From assembly GCA_963796965.1 (NCBI GenBank), contig CAWCNS010000009.1:224001-288000 (forward strand): a DNA stretch of 64,000 nucleotides. Direction: 5' to 3'. Both the position numbers and the translations under genes were made by a program. Below, one piece after another: positions 9,195 through 21,468 of the stretch. The notes under the pieces were generated by a model, which did no database searches, was not told the origin of the DNA, and saw only the letters and a list, made by a program, of their open reading frames with translations. Position 1 is the first letter of the stretch. Every line of letters begins with the position of its first letter. Origin of the DNA: Calditrichia bacterium. GTDB taxonomy: Bacteria; Calditrichota; Calditrichia; JAJRVZ01.

Positions 9195-11217
9195 TTACCG
9201 AATAAGTATCATTTTTTTCACATCCTGCCACTCCCCTGCCTCAATGCGATACAGGTATACGCCTGAAGATAGATTCTGCCCATTAAACTCAACTTCATGA
9301 TAACCTGCTGGTAGTTTTTCCGAGACCAGGGTAGAAACCTTTTCACCCAACAAATTATAAACATTCAGTTTCACCTCCCTGCTTGATGGTAATTGCCAAC
9401 TGATGACTGTTTTGGGATTGAATGGGTTAGGATAAGGGGATTTAAGAATAAATTGATCAGGTAGAACTAATTCTGCGGACGATTTAACCTTTATTTCTTC
9501 AACACTATGATATTGCGCTATGCCATTATAAGCTACGTCTGCCAGCCGATATTGATAAGTTTCCCCGGGAGCGACTGAATTATCTTGATAATGATATTCG
9601 GTCCTGGTGGATTTATTACCCTGCCCCCTTAATTCTTGATTATCAATATGAGTGGCTATATTCGTCCAGCCTTCATCAATTAACATTCTTCGTCCGATTT
9701 TTCTAATTCTTCTTTGAATGATAAATCCCAGATTATTCATCTCACTTTCAGTCGCCCAACTTATTAAAATATAATTTTCCTCTTGCCGCACTGAAAAACA
9801 GGAAAGAAAAACGGGGAGAGAACCATCTGTAGCACCTAACGTTTTTAAGCATATATCCCAGGGATAAACTGTATCATTACCAATCGCCAGCCAGCTAGAT
9901 CCGGATGAACTGATCCAACATTTTCCACTTTCGATTTGTGGCTCAGAATAGCCAGGCTGAGAAGTTTCAATAGGCACAGGCCAGGTGGTTCCCGGCATAT
10001 AATATCTCACTTTTACATAAATGTCATCTCCTGAGGTGGCAGAACCATGAGATGGCATATCAAATGTATAATATCCTGCATAATCACAATTCTGCTGCGG
10101 AATTGAAGCGAGTAAACCGGATAGAGTACTTCCATCGAAATTATCATAAATATCTATTTGAATTTGGGAACTTGCAGAGACAGCCCAGGTACCAATTTTC
10201 ATGAGATCATGACTCTGTGTAGTAATGAATTTTACAAGCGCATAACATGTAGTAGTTCCATATCCGGCACTTGAAATAAATCCTAATTTATCATAGTATT
10301 GAAAGACCTCATCACCATCCAAATATAGACTTTTCAGGCCAATAACAGGTTGTTGAATTGACTTTTGTATCATTGTAGGAAATATAAAAGAATCCATCTT
10401 CTCCCCAGGCAGTACCCCAGCTATTGCGAATAATCCAGGCGCCCGTGCCGCCAGCAGTTACTTTATTGTCATCCCACCCGACTAATAAGACAGCATGATT
10501 CGTACTAGCAGAACCACTATAGTAATAGGTATAGTCACTGCTATTGTAAGATGCATCATCCCAGCACATGTTTGTATGTAAAGCACCATAATCGTTTATA
10601 AACTGCTTTATAACATTAGCATCATTCGGCAGAAACTTTGCTTGAGGTATGTACCCCTGTTTTGGTAGTCCTGGATGGTGAGTACCATTATCACCGGAAG
10701 AAGCCTCATATGGATCATCACTTTCGGAAACAGGGCCGTCATATCTGGATAAATATGCCGTAGACATATAGCCATTTCCACCATCACAAGCACCCGGTAT
10801 AAATCCGTGACCATAAATTAAGTTGTTTTCTGATAAATCATTATTTCCAAGTCCAAGTATTTTCCACCGTGATTCCACCGATCCCATAGTGGCAAAAGCC
10901 CAGCAGGAACCACAATTTCCTTGATCCTTTACACTAGTGAGATAACCTTCGTCACGTAAATCATAATTGGATGCTAACTCCCCAGCTGATTCAATTGGTA
11001 TTGATATTTTAGTAATAAGTTCAGAAGGTGGCGGAATATATCCTAAAGGATGCCCATCGCTGGTAAAATTTATAATTTCTTTATTGTCAAACTTAGATAA
11101 ATAGTTGAGGAACTCAGAACTTATCGGGCCAGTTGATAATTCATCTTGTGCAAACAGTAAACAAAGATTTAAAGATAAAATGGAAAAAGTCAATGTTTTA
11201 AACAATTTTACCTCCAA
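9195..11217 (-). CDS. Secreted C1A (papain-like) cysteine peptidase with accessory domain and C-terminal sorting domain; one frameshift near 10320
   Basis: QGNCGSCWAF, NHAVLLVGWD, WIIRNSWG; downstream ORF ends YPNPFNP…KKMILIR; ORFs 10312-11217 and 9195-10397 overlap. Confidence 0.85.
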
Positions 11218-11305
11218 CTCATAACTTTAGTTGATACGACCTGCATTTGGTAATAAACATATCCATACAACCAACACGTGTTAATGTTGATGAGCCAAAT
11301 CTCAC

Positions 11306-11460
11306 TTAACCTTCAATATCTCCCCTTACGAATACATTTCCTATTCCATCTAAAATAATACCATATCCCTCAGCATGACCTTCAGCCCATGCTCCATCCA
11401 TCCAGGCATAATCACCATAGCCATTATATTTTATTGCAAAGAGACCATCAGTTGTGATGT
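11306..11460 (-). pseudogene. Fragment of an SBBP/beta-propeller repeat protein
   Basis: FAIKYNGYGDYAWM…GYGIILDGIGNVFVRG resembles SBBP repeats; isolated and short. Confidence 0.45.
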
Positions 11461-11756
11461 TCGGGTATGAAGCAGTCCGTTCGAGCCGCTTGTTCATTTG
11501 ATCCACGATATATTAGAAGCCTGGGCGATTTAAGTTTAGTATAGAGATTAGTGCAATTAATGAACGCATGAGAGATCTCTTTTAAAGTATTATGGCGGTA
11601 AGTTTCTGTGAAAATTCCGGATTTAATTAATTTGTATATTGTATGGCTGATACATCTTTCGTTAATCAAAATTTCGTTAACAAAAAAGGTAAAAAATAAT
11701 TTATTCACAAAGGTGTCTGAATATTCAAATTGAGGACATTATTTATACTTACTTAA

Positions 11757-11930
<174 letters not shown>

Positions 11931-12121
11931 CTATCAGTAAGGGAATTTTTCTAGCCCGTAAAAGCATTATAAATATTAATCTGTAGAATTCGTCGAGGCT
12001 CTGCCTCGGGGTTTCCTTTTTCTCCCTCGCCTTTAGGAGAGGATTGGTGAGAGGAAAATAAAATTTAATATTTTTCATCTAAAATAAATGTGTATTACTT
12101 ACCTAAAGATTGAAGGATAAT

Positions 12122-12862
12122 ATGCGGAAATCTTTATATAAATTTTTACTTGTTTTATCCCTGTCAGCCATCTCCATATTTCTCTTTTCTTGTAGTGATC
12201 GTGGTGTTTCTCCACAAAGTGTGGACCCATCAAGCAATAACGATTTTGAACTTGAGTATGTTACGGATATTGACGGAAACATCTATCCTACCAAAAGAAT
12301 TGGCAATCAGTTGTGGATGGCCGAAAATTTGAGGGTGACACATTATCGCAACGGCGATCCCATATCAGCGGTTTCAGACCGTGAAGTGTGGGCTGGTCAT
12401 GTTACAGGCGCTTATTGTACCTACGATAACAGTCCCGGGAATGCGGATATCTACGGTTTACTCTATAACTGGCATGCGGTTAATGACAGACGTAAACTCG
12501 CCCCGACCGGCTGGCATATACCGACTGACCAGGAATGGCAGACACTGATTGACTATCTGGGCGGCAATTCCTATGCCGGGGGGGTAATGAAAGACAGCAG
12601 CGGTTGGGTTGAGAACGGAAACGGAAATAATATCAGTAAATTTACCGCACGGCCGGGTGGTGTCCGCACCAGCAACGGCGTATTTGATGGTGTTGGATAT
12701 AATGCTTCTTTCTGGTCCTCTACGGAGATCAGCACGGATGGTGCCTGGGGCCGCTGGTTGAGTTATCTGAGCCCGGGTATCGGCCTCGACGATGCCAACC
12801 AGCTGGACGGTTTTTCGGTGCGCTGTGTCAGGGATCGATTCATCCCAGAACCCAAAAAATGA
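12122..12862 (+). CDS. FISUMP (Fibrobacter succinogenes major paralogous domain) lipoprotein
   Basis: LFSC lipobox; VTDIDGNIY, IGNQLWMAENL, YGLLYNW, GWHIPT, GFSVRCVRD. Confidence 0.9.
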   Translation: MRKSLYKFLLVLSLSAISIFLFSCSDRGVSPQSVDPSSNNDFELEYVTDIDGNIYPTKRIGNQLWMAENLRVTHYRNGDPISAVSDREVWAGHVTGAYCTYDNSPGNADIYGLLYNWHAVNDRRKLAPTGWHIPTDQEWQTLIDYLGGNSYAGGVMKDSSGWVENGNGNNISKFTARPGGVRTSNGVFDGVGYNASFWSSTEISTDGAWGRWLSYLSPGIGLDDANQLDGFSVRCVRDRFIPEPKK

Positions 12863-12931
12863 ATTTGGATTTCGGAAAAAGTAAGCAGAACACCTAAAAT
12901 TAATTGCGGCTATGACTGGCACTTTTCCAAT

Positions 12932-15262
12932 TTATTGCGCAGCGTTAATTGAAAATGTGTGTTTACCTTGATTCACATTCTCAATCACACAATATTTCCC
13001 CCTACGTTCAGCATGCATGACTTTTCCATCCATCACCACCGTGTACGTATCCGAAATTACAGGAAGGGATACCCGGGCAACCGTATTTCCGGGAATCGAA
13101 ATATTCAGGTTGAAATATTTTCCTTCTTCCTGGTCGAATGCAACTAAAACATCACCACGAATTGTTGGAAGTTTAACCCTGGCAAAGGCCAAATTGCCCG
13201 GTTGTGGTTTAATCGAAATTTTTCCAAAACCTGCTTCCAGTGGTTCTATGCCCATGAGTTTCCTTGGTATTATATGGGCGGGTGACGCACTCCAGGCATG
13301 ACTCCATCCATAATAATGGGGCATGTATTTTACATCCCATGCTTCGGTCGTCATGGTTGAACCGACTTCTATCATATGCATCCAACTGCGATCGGTTTCG
13401 GAAGTTAAAAGCGCCAAAGCATGATCAGCCTCTCCGGCATTATATAATGCTTCCATCAAATAATTCGCCCCATAAACCCCCGTTGCCATTCCTTTTGATT
13501 TGATATATTCAACAACTTTTTCCCTGTTTTTTTCAGGGACTAAATCAAAAACCAGAGGGAACAAATTTGCGTGCATGGATGAATGATCTGTACCAATTCC
13601 ATCAATATATAACCCATCACTAGTGATGAAATAATCATTGAAAATCTTTTTGAATTTCTTAGCCCGCGCCTTAAAAAAACGGGCATCATCCATATTTCCA
13701 ATTGCTTTAGCCATATCAGCCATCAGGATCAAACAACGGTAATGAAAGGCATTTACGACCGAATTATAAATTTTAAACTCAAAATTGTCTGTTTCTCCAC
13801 CATCTCCCAAACCCTGAGGCGCTCTTTGTAATTTTCCATGGGGCCAATCAACAATATCATAAATACTTCTACCATTAAAATAAATTGAATTATAAAATTC
13901 CCTGCTTAGAAGACCTGTTAACGTACTTATCAATCCATTTTCGGTTGTCAATGCCATCAGCGTTTTAGCTTTTAAGACAGAATAATTCTTTTCGATCAGG
14001 TCTGTGTTGCCCGTATGCAGATAATCGGCATAAGCCATCAACACGCTATGCATGATCCATTCAGTAGGCCAGGTGGCATGATAGAAAAGATTCTCTGTGC
14101 TATATCGTTGTATTTTATATTCCCGATCTAAGGCATAATGAGACATTTGCTGGATATAACAATCCGCCTCATACATCATTCGTTCTCTTTGGCTATTGGC
14201 ATAATCGCCATTAAACGTATTAGCAAAGGTTGAATACTTGCACAAACTATATACAGCGTTTAGATTTTCATTTGAGGAAGTAAAGTAAGATGCCTCTGTA
14301 TTATGGTCGTATGTTAACCCTTTCTGTTCTATTCTGGTTACACTAAATTCTTCTCTCCCCATGTAAATTTCACAATACCGAAATGGAATGACTTCAGGCA
14401 TATTTAGGGGCAGGTTTTGGCTATGTGGATAATGGCCAACAAAACTTGGAATTTTTAAAATATAATGATGTGTACCTCTCTTTATGGTTAAAGAATATTG
14501 TCCGAAAATAATTCCTCCACCCGGTTTATTATCAATGCTATCACCGACTGCTTTTTCACCTAAATTTATTATAATCGTCATTGAATCTCTCTGAGTATCA
14601 TTCCAGGAAATATCTAAATCCAGATAAGCAAAAGAAGATTTACCAAAATCATAAAACGTAATCTGATCACGGATAACCCGGCGTTTGGGTGCCCTGCTGT
14701 GAAATCGAATGGGGTGTCTATCTTCAAACGTCCAATAGGGTGCACCTGCACTGTCAAATTGTGCAAATCTTTTACGTTCACCCGGCCAACTTCTATTCTT
14801 AATCCCATCGAAATCGGAGGTGTTAAACTTTTGAGTTATACTCCATGGCGTGGGAGTTCCCGTATCGTCATAAATTCTCACTTTCCACCAATAGGATGAA
14901 TTGGAGCGTAGTGGTTTCCCACCGTACGGTATGTTGATAGATTGGCTTGCGTTAACTTTTTTTGAATTCCAAAAATCACCCCTATTCTCTTCTATTAAAG
15001 CCTGAGAAGAGGCGACCAAAACCTGATATGATTTTTGCTCCCCGGTAGGAACAATCCACCCAAATTTTGGCAAGCGGTTGGAGATGTAAGTTTGTTCCGG
15101 ATTTGAAAGCAAATCGCACAACAATCCAAATGGGGCGGAAGAATGGGTCGTTTCATTCCCGACATCGCCATAAAGATTGCAATTATAAGAAGAAAAAAGG
15201 ATGAAAAATGTAGAAACAGTAATAAGCCATTTCTTGCTTAAAAGAAAATTCAGGTGTTTCAT
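12932..15262 (-). CDS. Alpha-L-rhamnosidase, GH78 family
   Basis: N-terminal Fn3-like (YWWKVRIYD); QRERMMYEAD; TMTTEAWD; WSHAWSASPA; C-terminal IPGNTVARVSLP. Confidence 0.85.
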   Translation of the reverse strand: MKHLNFLLSKKWLITVSTFFILFSSYNCNLYGDVGNETTHSSAPFGLLCDLLSNPEQTYISNRLPKFGWIVPTGEQKSYQVLVASSQALIEENRGDFWNSKKVNASQSINIPYGGKPLRSNSSYWWKVRIYDDTGTPTPWSITQKFNTSDFDGIKNRSWPGERKRFAQFDSAGAPYWTFEDRHPIRFHSRAPKRRVIRDQITFYDFGKSSFAYLDLDISWNDTQRDSMTIIINLGEKAVGDSIDNKPGGGIIFGQYSLTIKRGTHHYILKIPSFVGHYPHSQNLPLNMPEVIPFRYCEIYMGREEFSVTRIEQKGLTYDHNTEASYFTSSNENLNAVYSLCKYSTFANTFNGDYANSQRERMMYEADCYIQQMSHYALDREYKIQRYSTENLFYHATWPTEWIMHSVLMAYADYLHTGNTDLIEKNYSVLKAKTLMALTTENGLISTLTGLLSREFYNSIYFNGRSIYDIVDWPHGKLQRAPQGLGDGGETDNFEFKIYNSVVNAFHYRCLILMADMAKAIGNMDDARFFKARAKKFKKIFNDYFITSDGLYIDGIGTDHSSMHANLFPLVFDLVPEKNREKVVEYIKSKGMATGVYGANYLMEALYNAGEADHALALLTSETDRSWMHMIEVGSTMTTEAWDVKYMPHYYGWSHAWSASPAHIIPRKLMGIEPLEAGFGKISIKPQPGNLAFARVKLPTIRGDVLVAFDQEEGKYFNLNISIPGNTVARVSLPVISDTYTVVMDGKVMHAERRGKYCVIENVNQGKHTFSINAAQ

Positions 15263-15372
15263 TTATTAGTTTACCTTCCAATCGTAAGAATATATATATG
15301 CTCTCTTAGTTAAACACTTATCAATCCAGATTACCCTTATTTTTAAGCAAAAAAGCCCTGGTAAGAAAACAG

Positions 15373-16737
15373 TTAAGGGCGCAACATAAAATCAGGCACC
15401 GGAACAATACCATTCAGGTACGCTTCCAGATTGGTGTAGCCATCTCCATCCGCGTCGTCATTACGGTCATCCGGGTTTTCGGGATTCAACCCCTGTGATG
15501 ATTCCCAGGCATCGGGCATACCATCCCGATCCGTATCAACCGGAGCAGTGGCACTCTTTAGCCGCGGCCAACCACCAACTTCTTTCTGGGAATCGATGAG
15601 CCGGTTGGAACGGTCACGAATTCCTTTAACAACACGTTTATCCACGGCATCCCTTACCCTGGAGGCGCCGGCGTGCTGCAAGACAATCTGGTAGGCTTGC
15701 TCTGCACTCTGCATAATGGGCTGATCCGTTCCAGGCACTAACTCACCGGAAAGTTGGAAAATTTCCTGGGTGATACTTTCATATTGTTTAACAGAATTCT
15801 TGTAGTTGACTGCCGCAAAATTGTCCCGGGTGAATGCCTCATTATTTTCAATAAAATTTCCAGAGAGAAAACCCCGTGCATGGGTTTTGCCATGTTCCGC
15901 TTTGATCTGGAAGGGTTGTTCGAATTCACGGGTAAAACTGGTGCCGGGTCGGTAATAATTATTGATGACATTCATCCGGCAATTCCCGAAATTGGTCGGA
16001 CCCCGCCGGTTAAATACCACATTATTACGAAAATCGACGATACACGCAGCTTTGGTACGCTCGCCACCGCCGAGGGTTGGGTGCCGGTCCCGGCTGCTGA
16101 AAAAGAGATTGTGATGCAGAGAAATATTGTCGGTTAAATGCCGGAATGAGGCCAGCATGGCGTGGGGATGATCATCATGATGCAGGCTGCGATTCAGGCT
16201 CTCTCCGTACATGGACCACTGCAAGGTAAAATTTCCACCGGCAAAATCATGCGCCCCGTCAATCCCCCAGGTGACAGAGATGTGATCGAGAATTACATGA
16301 TCGATCACCTCCGTCCTCACGGCATCCGGATTTGCCAAATCATCGTAACTTTTGTTCTGATCGCCGTATCGGATACGGAGATATCTGACAATAATATCAT
16401 GCGTGTCTTTAATCTCAAATGTGCGGTCCTTCAACGTAATTCCGTCCCCCGGGGCGGTCTGTCCGGCGATGGTGATATATGGCTTGTCAATCACCAGATC
16501 CGATTTTAATTCAATCGTCCCGGAAATATCAAATACAATTGTCCGCGGGCCGTTTATAGTCAGAATACCTTCACGCAAGGAGCCTGGGCCGGCATCTCTG
16601 AGATTGGTTACGTGGTACACATCACCGCCGCGGCCGCCTTTGGAAAAGCGTCCGTATCCTTCTGCTGTGGGAAAGGCGCGTTGCTGCGCATGTAGGGTGG
16701 AAATACCTAAAAGCAATAGGATGAGTATTTTTTGCAT
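15373..16737 (-). CDS. Pectate lyase, PL1 family
   Basis: AFPTAEGYG, GGRGGDVYHVTNL, TIAGQTAPGDG, LDHISVTWGID; C-terminal DTDRDGMPDAWE…GYTNLE. Confidence 0.9.
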   Translation of the reverse strand: MQKILILLLLGISTLHAQQRAFPTAEGYGRFSKGGRGGDVYHVTNLRDAGPGSLREGILTINGPRTIVFDISGTIELKSDLVIDKPYITIAGQTAPGDGITLKDRTFEIKDTHDIIVRYLRIRYGDQNKSYDDLANPDAVRTEVIDHVILDHISVTWGIDGAHDFAGGNFTLQWSMYGESLNRSLHHDDHPHAMLASFRHLTDNISLHHNLFFSSRDRHPTLGGGERTKAACIVDFRNNVVFNRRGPTNFGNCRMNVINNYYRPGTSFTREFEQPFQIKAEHGKTHARGFLSGNFIENNEAFTRDNFAAVNYKNSVKQYESITQEIFQLSGELVPGTDQPIMQSAEQAYQIVLQHAGASRVRDAVDKRVVKGIRDRSNRLIDSQKEVGGWPRLKSATAPVDTDRDGMPDAWESSQGLNPENPDDRNDDADGDGYTNLEAYLNGIVPVPDFMLRP

Positions 16738-16840
16738 CTGCCGGGACCTCGTTTTAAATACTAATTTGGTCACTAAAAGTCATTGGGAGTAATAAATTAA
16801 TGTAGGTGTTGTACGAATAATAATAAACAATTTATTTCTA

Positions 16841-18665
16841 TTACTCATTCCTTTTAACAGCTATTATCGTCATATCATCCCAGTCGTGTTGTGGCTGGCT
16901 GAACTTTCTGGCTGCGTCGACAAGGTGATTGACATGTTCAGCAATGGAATTCTCTGCATGTTGCAGAATTGTCTGGCTCAGCTGATCCGTCTCAAATTGT
17001 TCTTCGGTCTCGTTTTCTATTTCGCTCAGACCATCCGTATAAAGAAACAAGCAATCACCTTGCTGTAAAATGAGATCTACCGGGTCACCCGGTGTGTATT
17101 TTTCCTGGTTGACTACGCCGAGTACCAAACCATTGGCCGCAATTCGTACAATGCTGCTATCGCTTCTCTTTAGTACTGAGGGGTAAGGAATCCCACCATT
17201 TACAATCGTACAGCGAGCTGTCTCTGTGTCAATATTAACCACCAATGCCGCAACAAAAGTTTTGTCCGGAAGAATTTTATGTAATACCTCATTCATGCCA
17301 GCGAGGATACCAGCCGGGCTGACTTCACGATCCTGGAAGTTCCTAAAAGCAAGTTTTAACAGCATGGTGCTTAAGGCAGCTTGAATACCGTGACCGGTAA
17401 CATCGGCAAGTAGAATAGCCAGACGTTTATTGGCCAGAGGCATAACATCGTAGAAATCCCCGCCGATCTCCATAGCGGGCAGATATTGAGCCGCGAAAGA
17501 AAATCCATTCACCTCAGGTAGTTGTTGAGGTAAGATGTTCTCCTGCAATTTCCGGGCAAGGAAAAGCTCTTCGTGCAGTATTTCTGACTCTTTTTTAGAC
17601 CTCTCTAACTCATGGAGCACTTTCTGATGTTTGAGCTTTTTGTCAATGTCATCATAGGAAATTTCCTTTTCGATAGCATGAAATTTCTTGTGAAACTCTA
17701 ATGCTTTTTCATATTGTCCAAGGTCTTGGTTAATTTCGAAGAGGGTCTTATATGCTCTGGAAATTTTAGGTTTTGCTTTGATCCGTATTGCCAATTCCAA
17801 TGCCTTATTGATGACTTCTGATGCTTTTTCAATTTCCTTTTGCTCAACAAACAAATTGCCTAAGTCCAACAATGTAGTCGTCTCGCCGATGTAAAATCCC
17901 AATTTCTGACGGATGGTCAGGCTTTCCTTATAATGCTCAAAAGCTTCGTCATACCTTCCCAGCCTTTGCAGAATTAAACCAAAATCATTTAAGGTTTTAG
18001 CTCTTGTCAAATGGTTTTTGTTTAACTCTAGAACTTTCAGACTCTTGTTTTGATAACTCACAGCCTTCGTATCGTCTCCTAACATCCCATAGTTATTACC
18101 TATTCCGTTTAGAGCCCGCGCCTGTCCGCCACTGTCTTGTTCTTTCTTGAATAGCGCATAGGCCATTTCAAAATACTTCAGCGATTGTTGATGGTTTTTT
18201 GAATCATAATGAAATCCTGCTAAATTATTAAGATTCCAGGCCTGACGATCTGTATCTTGAGTCTCCAGATTTAATGCGAGTGCGTCGGAGACAAGTTGAA
18301 ATCCCCTCTCAAAATCACCAAAGCCCCAATATATAAGTCCCAGGAAGTTCTTTGCGTCTGCCTGTCCCGTCTTATCTCCATTTTTCTCAAACCAACCCAA
18401 TACTTCCAAAAAATAAACGCTTGCCTTTTCAATTTCGGATTGAAAAAAGTAGAATATCCCCCTGTTCAGACGGTTGTAAATTAGGCCTTTTTTATAGTGA
18501 AGTTGCTGTGCCAATGTAGTGGCTTTCTTAGCATACGCGTTCGCTTTCTTCAAATCTTCACGAAAATATAACCTGGCAAGTTGATGCAGTAAGTCCACCT
18601 TGTCAGTGGAGTCGGTTTTGGCTTTTCGGAGTTTTGTTTCTAAGTTCGACTATTTTCTTACTCAT
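16841..18665 (-). CDS. TPR-repeat plus SpoIIE/PP2C phosphatase; frameshift close to the N-terminus
   Basis: Multiple TPR repeats, then EIGGDFYD, ADVTGHG, LYTDGL, DDMT; ATG at 18665 joins ORF 16841-18598 with a 1-nt shift. Confidence 0.85.
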
Positions 18666-19008
18666 CGTAGAACCTGGGTTTTAATGATGATAAATATATG
18701 ATATGTCATTTCATAATCGAATATTTTTAATGGTATTACGACGGGACTTTGTAGTTACAAAAAATATAAAATTATCCAGTAAATGCAAAGTTAAATGGAA
18801 TGAATATTTAAGAAATACAAAGATCAGGTACACAAGTAGTAAAATACTAATTCCCAATTCAAATTTGTTTACCAATCCAATCGAAGTGATTAATGTTAAA
18901 TCAGAGAAGACTCAGAAACATGGCTAAAAGGCCTTTCAGCGCGGATCCGGCTTTTATTTTGCCCTGGCGCTATGACCCGGAGAAGGGATATACGCTGCAA
19001 GAAGAAGC

Positions 19009-19131
19009 CAATCGGCAGGAAATTATAAAGTAGAATGGGATGCCAGTGAATTCGCAAGTGGCCTGTATTTTTACCGACTTGAAACGAGCAAAGAATTTGT
19101 ACAATCAAAGAAATTAATTTTATTGAAATAG
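19009..19131 (+). pseudogene. Orphan C-terminal half of a secretion sorting domain
   Basis: QSAGNYKVEWDASEFASGLYFYRLETSKEFVQSKKLILLK*; in-frame TGA at 18973 and no start codon. Confidence 0.8.
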
Positions 19132-19149
19132 CATACTCATTTTCAAATT

Positions 19150-19250
19150 AACAAAATCTAAAACCAGTCTTTTAAAAAGGCTGGTTTTTTTTATTTGTAA
19201 TATTTGATAGTGGGATTTATTTAGAGTTTAGTGCTTAGGATTTAGAGTTA
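19150..19250. repeat. Partial copy of the long palindromic element / bidirectional terminator
   Basis: AAAACCAGTC…GGCTGGTTTTTTTT, then TTTAGAGTTTAGTGCTTAGGATTTAG identical to the arm at about 2301-2326. Confidence 0.75.
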
Positions 19251-19273
19251 TATTTATTTTTATATAACGCTTT

Positions 19274-19855
19274 TTATTTTGATTCAAAGGAGATGAGTTG
19301 AGCAACCTCTTTTATAAATTTTGTAATGGCTTCATTTTTAGCCCCACTTGCTGACCAACTACTTTTGCCCGTTGTTTTAATTTCTTTTTTTGACAAGACA
19401 GAATCTGTAGAATTTTCAGTCCAGGCACAGGCATTAAGGAAACAAAATGATTCAAAGGTGGTCTGCTTTACGCCTGATTTATCAAAACATATATAGAGAC
19501 GCGTTCCATTGACTGATTCATCTTCATTTTGAATATCATGAATTGCTTTAAAACTCTCACTCTCCCTTAAACTCTGGATAAGCGAACGCCTCAGATAAAC
19601 AAAATCTTCCTTTTCGAAGGCGGTGTATAATCCATTCTCGGGGTCAATCAAATTAACAAGTGCTCCCCGCCATTTAAATCCTCTTGAAACTAATCGTTTT
19701 TTGGCTTCAGGGAATGGCCGAACCTCAATAACCGCATCTCCCTGAGGAAAAAGATTCAAATTCACAATATTTAATGAATGTGATGAACAATTAAAGGTTA
19801 TCACCGCTGGCATAATAAAAAATACAAAACGAATAGTGATCCTCATGGCGATCAT
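19274..19855 (-). CDS. Hypothetical exported protein (possible lipoprotein)
   Basis: 193-aa ORF, hydrophobic N-terminus ending FNC; no recognised domain. Confidence 0.6.
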   Translation of the reverse strand: MIAMRITIRFVFFIMPAVITFNCSSHSLNIVNLNLFPQGDAVIEVRPFPEAKKRLVSRGFKWRGALVNLIDPENGLYTAFEKEDFVYLRRSLIQSLRESESFKAIHDIQNEDESVNGTRLYICFDKSGVKQTTFESFCFLNACAWTENSTDSVLSKKEIKTTGKSSWSASGAKNEAITKFIKEVAQLISFESK

Positions 19856-19949
19856 CCCTTTCGTACATTTTTTATTATGAAAAGGTTAGAAAATTATAAT
19901 GATTATTCAACCATACATGAACCATCTATTTTAGAGAAGTAACTAGTAT

Positions 19950-20046
19950 ACAGAATATTTAATCACAACCAACCTTTGGGCTAAGGCTCTCAGTAAATTT
20001 ATAGTACTATATTCGAAATCTTAATTAAGATCGAACTTTCAAAATT
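19950..20046. repeat. Degenerate third copy of the left part of the long element, including the tRNA-like segment
   Basis: ACAGAAT…ATCACAACCAACCTTTGGGCTAAGGCTCTCAGTAAATT aligns by eye with about 8783-8836. Confidence 0.5.
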
Positions 20047-20066
20047 AATTCAGCCAATTGAAAGCA

Positions 20067-20837
20067 TTATTTTTTGAAATTGATACCTATACCAAGCCCG
20101 ATAAAAAGATGGTTATAACTTAATTCTGTCGGAGGGAATATTTGTGCATTTGTGGTCACTTTTGTTGAAAGAATGTCATCACTGTTTTCTTTATAATACG
20201 GTCCGAGTGTCGTACCCCCGATGTAGCGATATTGAAAGATTCCAGAAACAGAAAAATAATTACTTACAGGGTATCTTATATTTAGATGAGCCAGCAAACC
20301 TAACTTATTCGTATTGGAAGGCGTATCCGTCATGTTAAATGTAGGCCCAATGCCAAAAACGATATAGTCATTAAGATGAATGGATAGGAGAATAGAAATC
20401 GTTGTCACCCGAATGCTGCTGCTCATGATACCATCGAAACCCGCAAATGCCTCATTATGACCGGTTGCTTTTCCTAAAAGTGAGTTGCTGTATAAAAGAC
20501 CAATTCCTAGGACTTTTGTCATTCTATAGTTTACTTGAAACATCCAGGATGTAGGACGAATTTCGGAGAGGAAGGCATACTTATTGTTTCCTGAAAAACT
20601 CCTATAGGGATCAGTAAATCCAATGAACCTCATTTGCTTATTATATTGATCTCCAAGCCCACCGACGGTCATCGCAGCATATAATGAGAATGACCATTTT
20701 GATTGCTTATCATATCTCTTTTCTTCTAAGCCTCGCGGATATAAATCACCCGCAAAGGAGATATTTATCATAATCAGAAGTAGGATGAAAATTGAAATAA
20801 TGCTTACTCCGGGACTCTTCATTAAATTTTTCATCAT
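20067..20837 (-). CDS. Hypothetical outer-membrane beta-barrel protein
   Basis: Signal peptide, amphipathic strands, C-terminal LFIGLGIGINF. Confidence 0.65.
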   Translation of the reverse strand: MMKNLMKSPGVSIISIFILLLIMINISFAGDLYPRGLEEKRYDKQSKWSFSLYAAMTVGGLGDQYNKQMRFIGFTDPYRSFSGNNKYAFLSEIRPTSWMFQVNYRMTKVLGIGLLYSNSLLGKATGHNEAFAGFDGIMSSSIRVTTISILLSIHLNDYIVFGIGPTFNMTDTPSNTNKLGLLAHLNIRYPVSNYFSVSGIFQYRYIGGTTLGPYYKENSDDILSTKVTTNAQIFPPTELSYNHLFIGLGIGINFKK

Positions 20838-20977
20838 TACCTCTTTATATCAAGGATTATGGGTGTCAGGGTTAAAAAACAATCAATGATTTAAGTAAAA
20901 AACTCAAATCCAAATCCCTTCTCGTCATCCTGAGTCCCGCCCTTGCGAGAAACGAAAGAGAAGGGGCTCCTTAAAGT

Positions 20978-21037
20978 CCCTCTCTTTTCAAGAGAGGGAT
21001 TTAGGGTGAGTTCTTTAAATCAAATCCCACCCTTGGG
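20978..21037. repeat. REP-like hairpin family CCCTCTC-loop-GAGAGGG-x-GGGTGAG (copies at about 12022-12056, 35401-35463, 48342-48429)
   Basis: Shared stem and tail; this copy and 35401-35463 also share CTTTAAATCAA.TCCCA.C.TTGGG. Confidence 0.75.
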
Positions 21038-21468
21038 GTACTAATAAAATCATTTGATATTCCGGTGTTTATTACTACAAAGACTAAATCTTAATCCGAC
21101 ATGTATGATCAAGGATACATTTTAAATTTCCGGATAATAAACTAACCTAGAATAATATTTAAAATTTTTAATAAAAAACGTATGCCAGTCAAAAAAAGAA
21201 AAGATCATCTGGGTTTCATTTAGAGGAAGATTTCGAAAAGATAACTAATCTGGTAGATCAGAGTTCATACTAACGAACTAATATACAAAGTCAGCAGAAG
21301 AATGCAATCAAAATCTGGATCGTTAAGTCCCCAACACACTCCAGACTGGTTTATTTATAAAATTTATAAAGGTGTTCAATTATTGTAAAAGAGACGAAAT
21401 CTCCCATAGCCACAACCCCGGAGGGGTTGCATATAATAAATGTATAGTGCGTCATCCTTTCAGTTCGT

